DNA of 63,273 nt, counting the filler, from Choristocarpus tenellus KU-1152 (lineage: Eukaryota; Protista; Phaeophyceae), in assembly GCA_964200185.2 (NCBI GenBank). It is 12 parts of 12 records of this genome, joined end to end, with 100 filler letters (N's around TTAATTAATTAA, not from the genome) between each part and the next. Parts side by side here need not be neighbours in the genome. Positions count along the whole stretch, not along the records: positions 59,333 to 63,273 come from CAXNAD020017022.1; 11 more parts are not named here. One strand, given 5' to 3'. Each line of letters starts with the position of its first letter. The stretch's first letter is position 1. Positions 60,381 to 63,273 of this stretch are shown here, piece by piece. Made by a program: the position numbers and the translations under genes. The notes beneath the pieces were generated by a model that was not told where the DNA came from, made no database searches, and saw nothing but the letters and a program-made list of their open reading frames with translations.

Positions 60381-62770
60381 TCACCATGCTGGGACGTACT
60401 CAATGTTCCCACGGTGAAGATACACTAGTATCAACACCCATGGAACGTTCATTACAAGAGCAAACAGAATCTGAATCCAGGCCCTATGCTCATAGTTCTT
60501 GATCATTTCCTCCACTGAACCAGCCACAACGCTTTTGAACACAGGCTCTTTGCGCGAGTTGCCTCCCTTTCCCCTATCCATTGTTTCTTCATCCCTGCCT
60601 TCGTTCAGCAACTCTGCTTCTTCTGTAGACTCATTACTTCCTGGAACAGTTCCGGTGGTAGAACACTCGTTCCCTAAGCCAACAGTTTGCAGTCTTCCTT
60701 TTCTCCCAGAACTAATGCAAGAGTTTGCTTTGTCTCCGTGATTGCTCCCCCTGCCCCATCGCCTCAAGCTGTTCTTATCTCCTCTTTTCTTGGCTGCCTC
60801 AGCAGCTTTATGAGACAGTTGGTCTGGATGTGCCACCAACAATTCCCCTGTACGGGCACAAGTGCCACGGTATGTGAAAATTCCTGGGTGCATTGCACTG
60901 AGACAGGACCAACAACAGCCAGAATAATTGGACATTGTGGGGACGAGTGGGTGGGCGGGTGTGAGTTGTTGATAGATCCCAGTAACCCCTTTGTCACTCA
61001 ACTTCTAATCTGATCACGCACATACAAGTGAAGCAATCATTTAATTCAAGATCAAAGTCGGAGAAACATGGTGATTCTTGTAGGTACTCCAGGCTATACA
61101 GAATATACAGGCTTGAGGGTTTACTGTCCATAGGTAGTGCTACTGAAACACTATAGAGACCTGTGGTGGTGTAGTAGGTCATCGGTGGTAGAGCCAGTGA
61201 TATATCTACCAACTGATTGTTTTGTTGTTTGGACAGTTTGCATGTGTATCAAAATTGATCTCATGTTAGTATCTTAGAGGGTAGAGTAGCGTCCATCTTG
61301 GGGCCAGAATCAAATGTTGCGATTTTGACGTAATTTTGGCTATCGTGTTTGTTAGGAGTGTCAATATCCTTGTTGCAGACACACCTTTTCATAACATACA
61401 CATTTTACCTACTCCGAAACGTTTCGGAGTAGGTAATAGGTCATTAAAAAAAACGTGGGAAGCCAAGCCTCAACAGACAAACAGGGAAAAGTTCGTACCC
61501 TCTAAGATACTCTCACTCAGATGCAATGTATCAGATATGTTGGTTGATTCATGTTCTATGATTTTTCTTCTGTTTCTCATGCTCTAGTTGCCTAGAGGAA
61601 AAATAACCAAGTGTTTCATACCTCTAAGTAGGTCGTTAGTAGGGATGATCACAAAGCCCAAATTATAGGACAAGTCGGGGAATGTCTCGGCCCATCTGTT
61701 CAGTCAGTGGGATTGGTGTCAAACCAACCTGTACACTCTAGAATACTTAAATTCACACTGAGTTCGATTATCCTGTACCGGCACATCATATTTGCTGCGG
61801 ACCCAAGCGATATTTTTCGATATGTACTATTTACTCTGCTGTACAAATAGTCACTGAAGGCCTTCGTTATTTTAGAAGGTAGGGTACAGCCACTGAGTAC
61901 TTCACTTGTTTGAGTTCGCGCACAGTGTTTTTTCTCTGGGGTTTACAACAATTGATTGTGCAAAGAAAGTCCCTTGAAGATCTCTAGAGGGTGCAAAAGC
62001 ACATACAAGCACTGCACAAAGCGGCTATTCCAAGATGAAACATAATCAATTATGATGGGGCCCCGTAAGAGTAGGGGACCTGCTACAAACAGCATGGATC
62101 TTAGACCAAAATAACACCTTCTACGCTGCGAGGGAAAAACACATCCCACCGTTACCCTCGAAACACCTTGATTCTATTAACTGTTACGTTGCCTCCTCCA
62201 CTATACTATCAAAGTATGATTATTGAGATCATTGTGCTGGTACTGCGATATATTGGAGTGCCTTTGTCTGAGTCTGGTGATCATACTCTGTGCACCAACG
62301 GACTTCCAGAAGTGTTTTCTGAGCATTTTCTACAACATATTTAGGTATATACATATTTGTAAGAACAGTAACATAATTTGTATGTACTCTTGGTAACATT
62401 GAGTCGAAGTACCCCAGCGCTCACTAGCACTCATTCTCAGAACATTACAGGTTACCAGTTCCACTAAATGCACACAAATGTGCGCTCTGTACCGAACTCA
62501 CCGCCAATACCGCTTCACCATTCCTCGAACAAGAACCATTCTCGAAAAATTTATCAGAACAAACATTATCAATGCTGTGAAGCCCTTCAGCATGCCTGCA
62601 TGAAATAGCCACTCCACCATGCACCCTGCGTGCTGTGTAGCAGCCTGCAGAAGCGCTGTACTGGGCCCTGTGCAGGACGTATGGCATTCTGGGATGGTTT
62701 TGCAGTCCAGAACTACAGCCTCCTTTTTGGTATAAATGCCCATTCAAAGCATCACACATTAGGTTCAAAA
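60381..62770 (-). pseudogene. Degraded MULE/Mutator-like transposase relic
   Basis: Ordered motifs LMCDA (first D), VCSDK (second D), AHLCAF (CxxH region), GNVTVNR (TxNxxE region ~62190); downstream 206-aa ORF may be the C-terminus; interrupted by MITE A. Confidence 0.4.
61268..61518 (-). mobile_element. MITE family A
   Basis: Reverse-complement match, ends TACCCTCTAAGATACTCTCACTC. Confidence 0.9.
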
Positions 62771-63136
62771 ATCATGATTATAAGGAGACACGGTAAATTT
62801 GTTTACATGCCAAGTGCAAGATGAAGCTCACGGGACATTGTGGAGGAAACTGGAGAGAGGATTTGAGGTCAGGGTTACTTATAGTATCAGAATGTGACTT
62901 GATCAGCACTGTAACAGAGCACAAATGAAAGTTAGCAAGGAGCAGCATGGGATAGGTGATGTACCACAAATGCCACGCACTGCAACTCTACCTATGGCCG
63001 TGTAATGATGCACTACTGTCAATAAACCACTCTATGTGTATCAGGATAATCCTGGAAATAAGGTGGCGTTATAGCATATTTTTGAAAATAGAACATCGAC
63101 AAAAGTCTTGCTTTCAAGCTCTAACCGACCCAGACA

Positions 63137-63273
63137 GATCCAAAGTATCTGGGAGGGGAGGGGGGTCTACACCAGGGTGCCCATTTGGACCAAAATCAGG
63201 AAAAGTGCATTTCCAGTATTCCTCTGACATATGCAACCAAATCTCTCAATAATAAAGAAATAAAAAATTGACC
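63137..63273 (+). mobile_element. MITE family B, truncated by window end
   Basis: GATCCAAAGTATCTGGGAGGGGAGGGGGGTCTACACCAGGGTG... Confidence 0.88.

Overview
Eukaryotic, intron-rich, TE-dense genomic DNA, probably from a stramenopile (brown alga or relative; inferred from the COX15 sequence and gene structure). It is a concatenation of 12 contigs joined by artificial 100-nt linkers (44 N + TTAATTAATTAA + 44 N). Spliced genes I could reconstruct, all incomplete: an unknown low-complexity/coiled-coil protein, the 3' end of a Pumilio/PUF gene, a PPR protein, a PH-domain-like protein, an OSCA/TMEM63 (CSC1)-like channel, an ABHD17-like hydrolase and, head-to-head with it, COX15. Intergenic DNA is dominated by three MITE families (over 20 copies or ends) that share the TIR core TCAAAGTATCT; some family A copies have 4-bp TSDs. 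Also present are TTAA-associated foldback elements, an inverted pair of LTR-like repeats around a Copia integrase fragment, and degraded Copia, MULE-like, KDZ-like and tyrosine-recombinase-like relics. Splice signals look unusual (frequent AAG acceptors, two predicted GC-AG introns). No rRNA, tRNA or CRISPR array was recognised. All calls are by eye with no database searches, and I found no intact novel multi-gene system.
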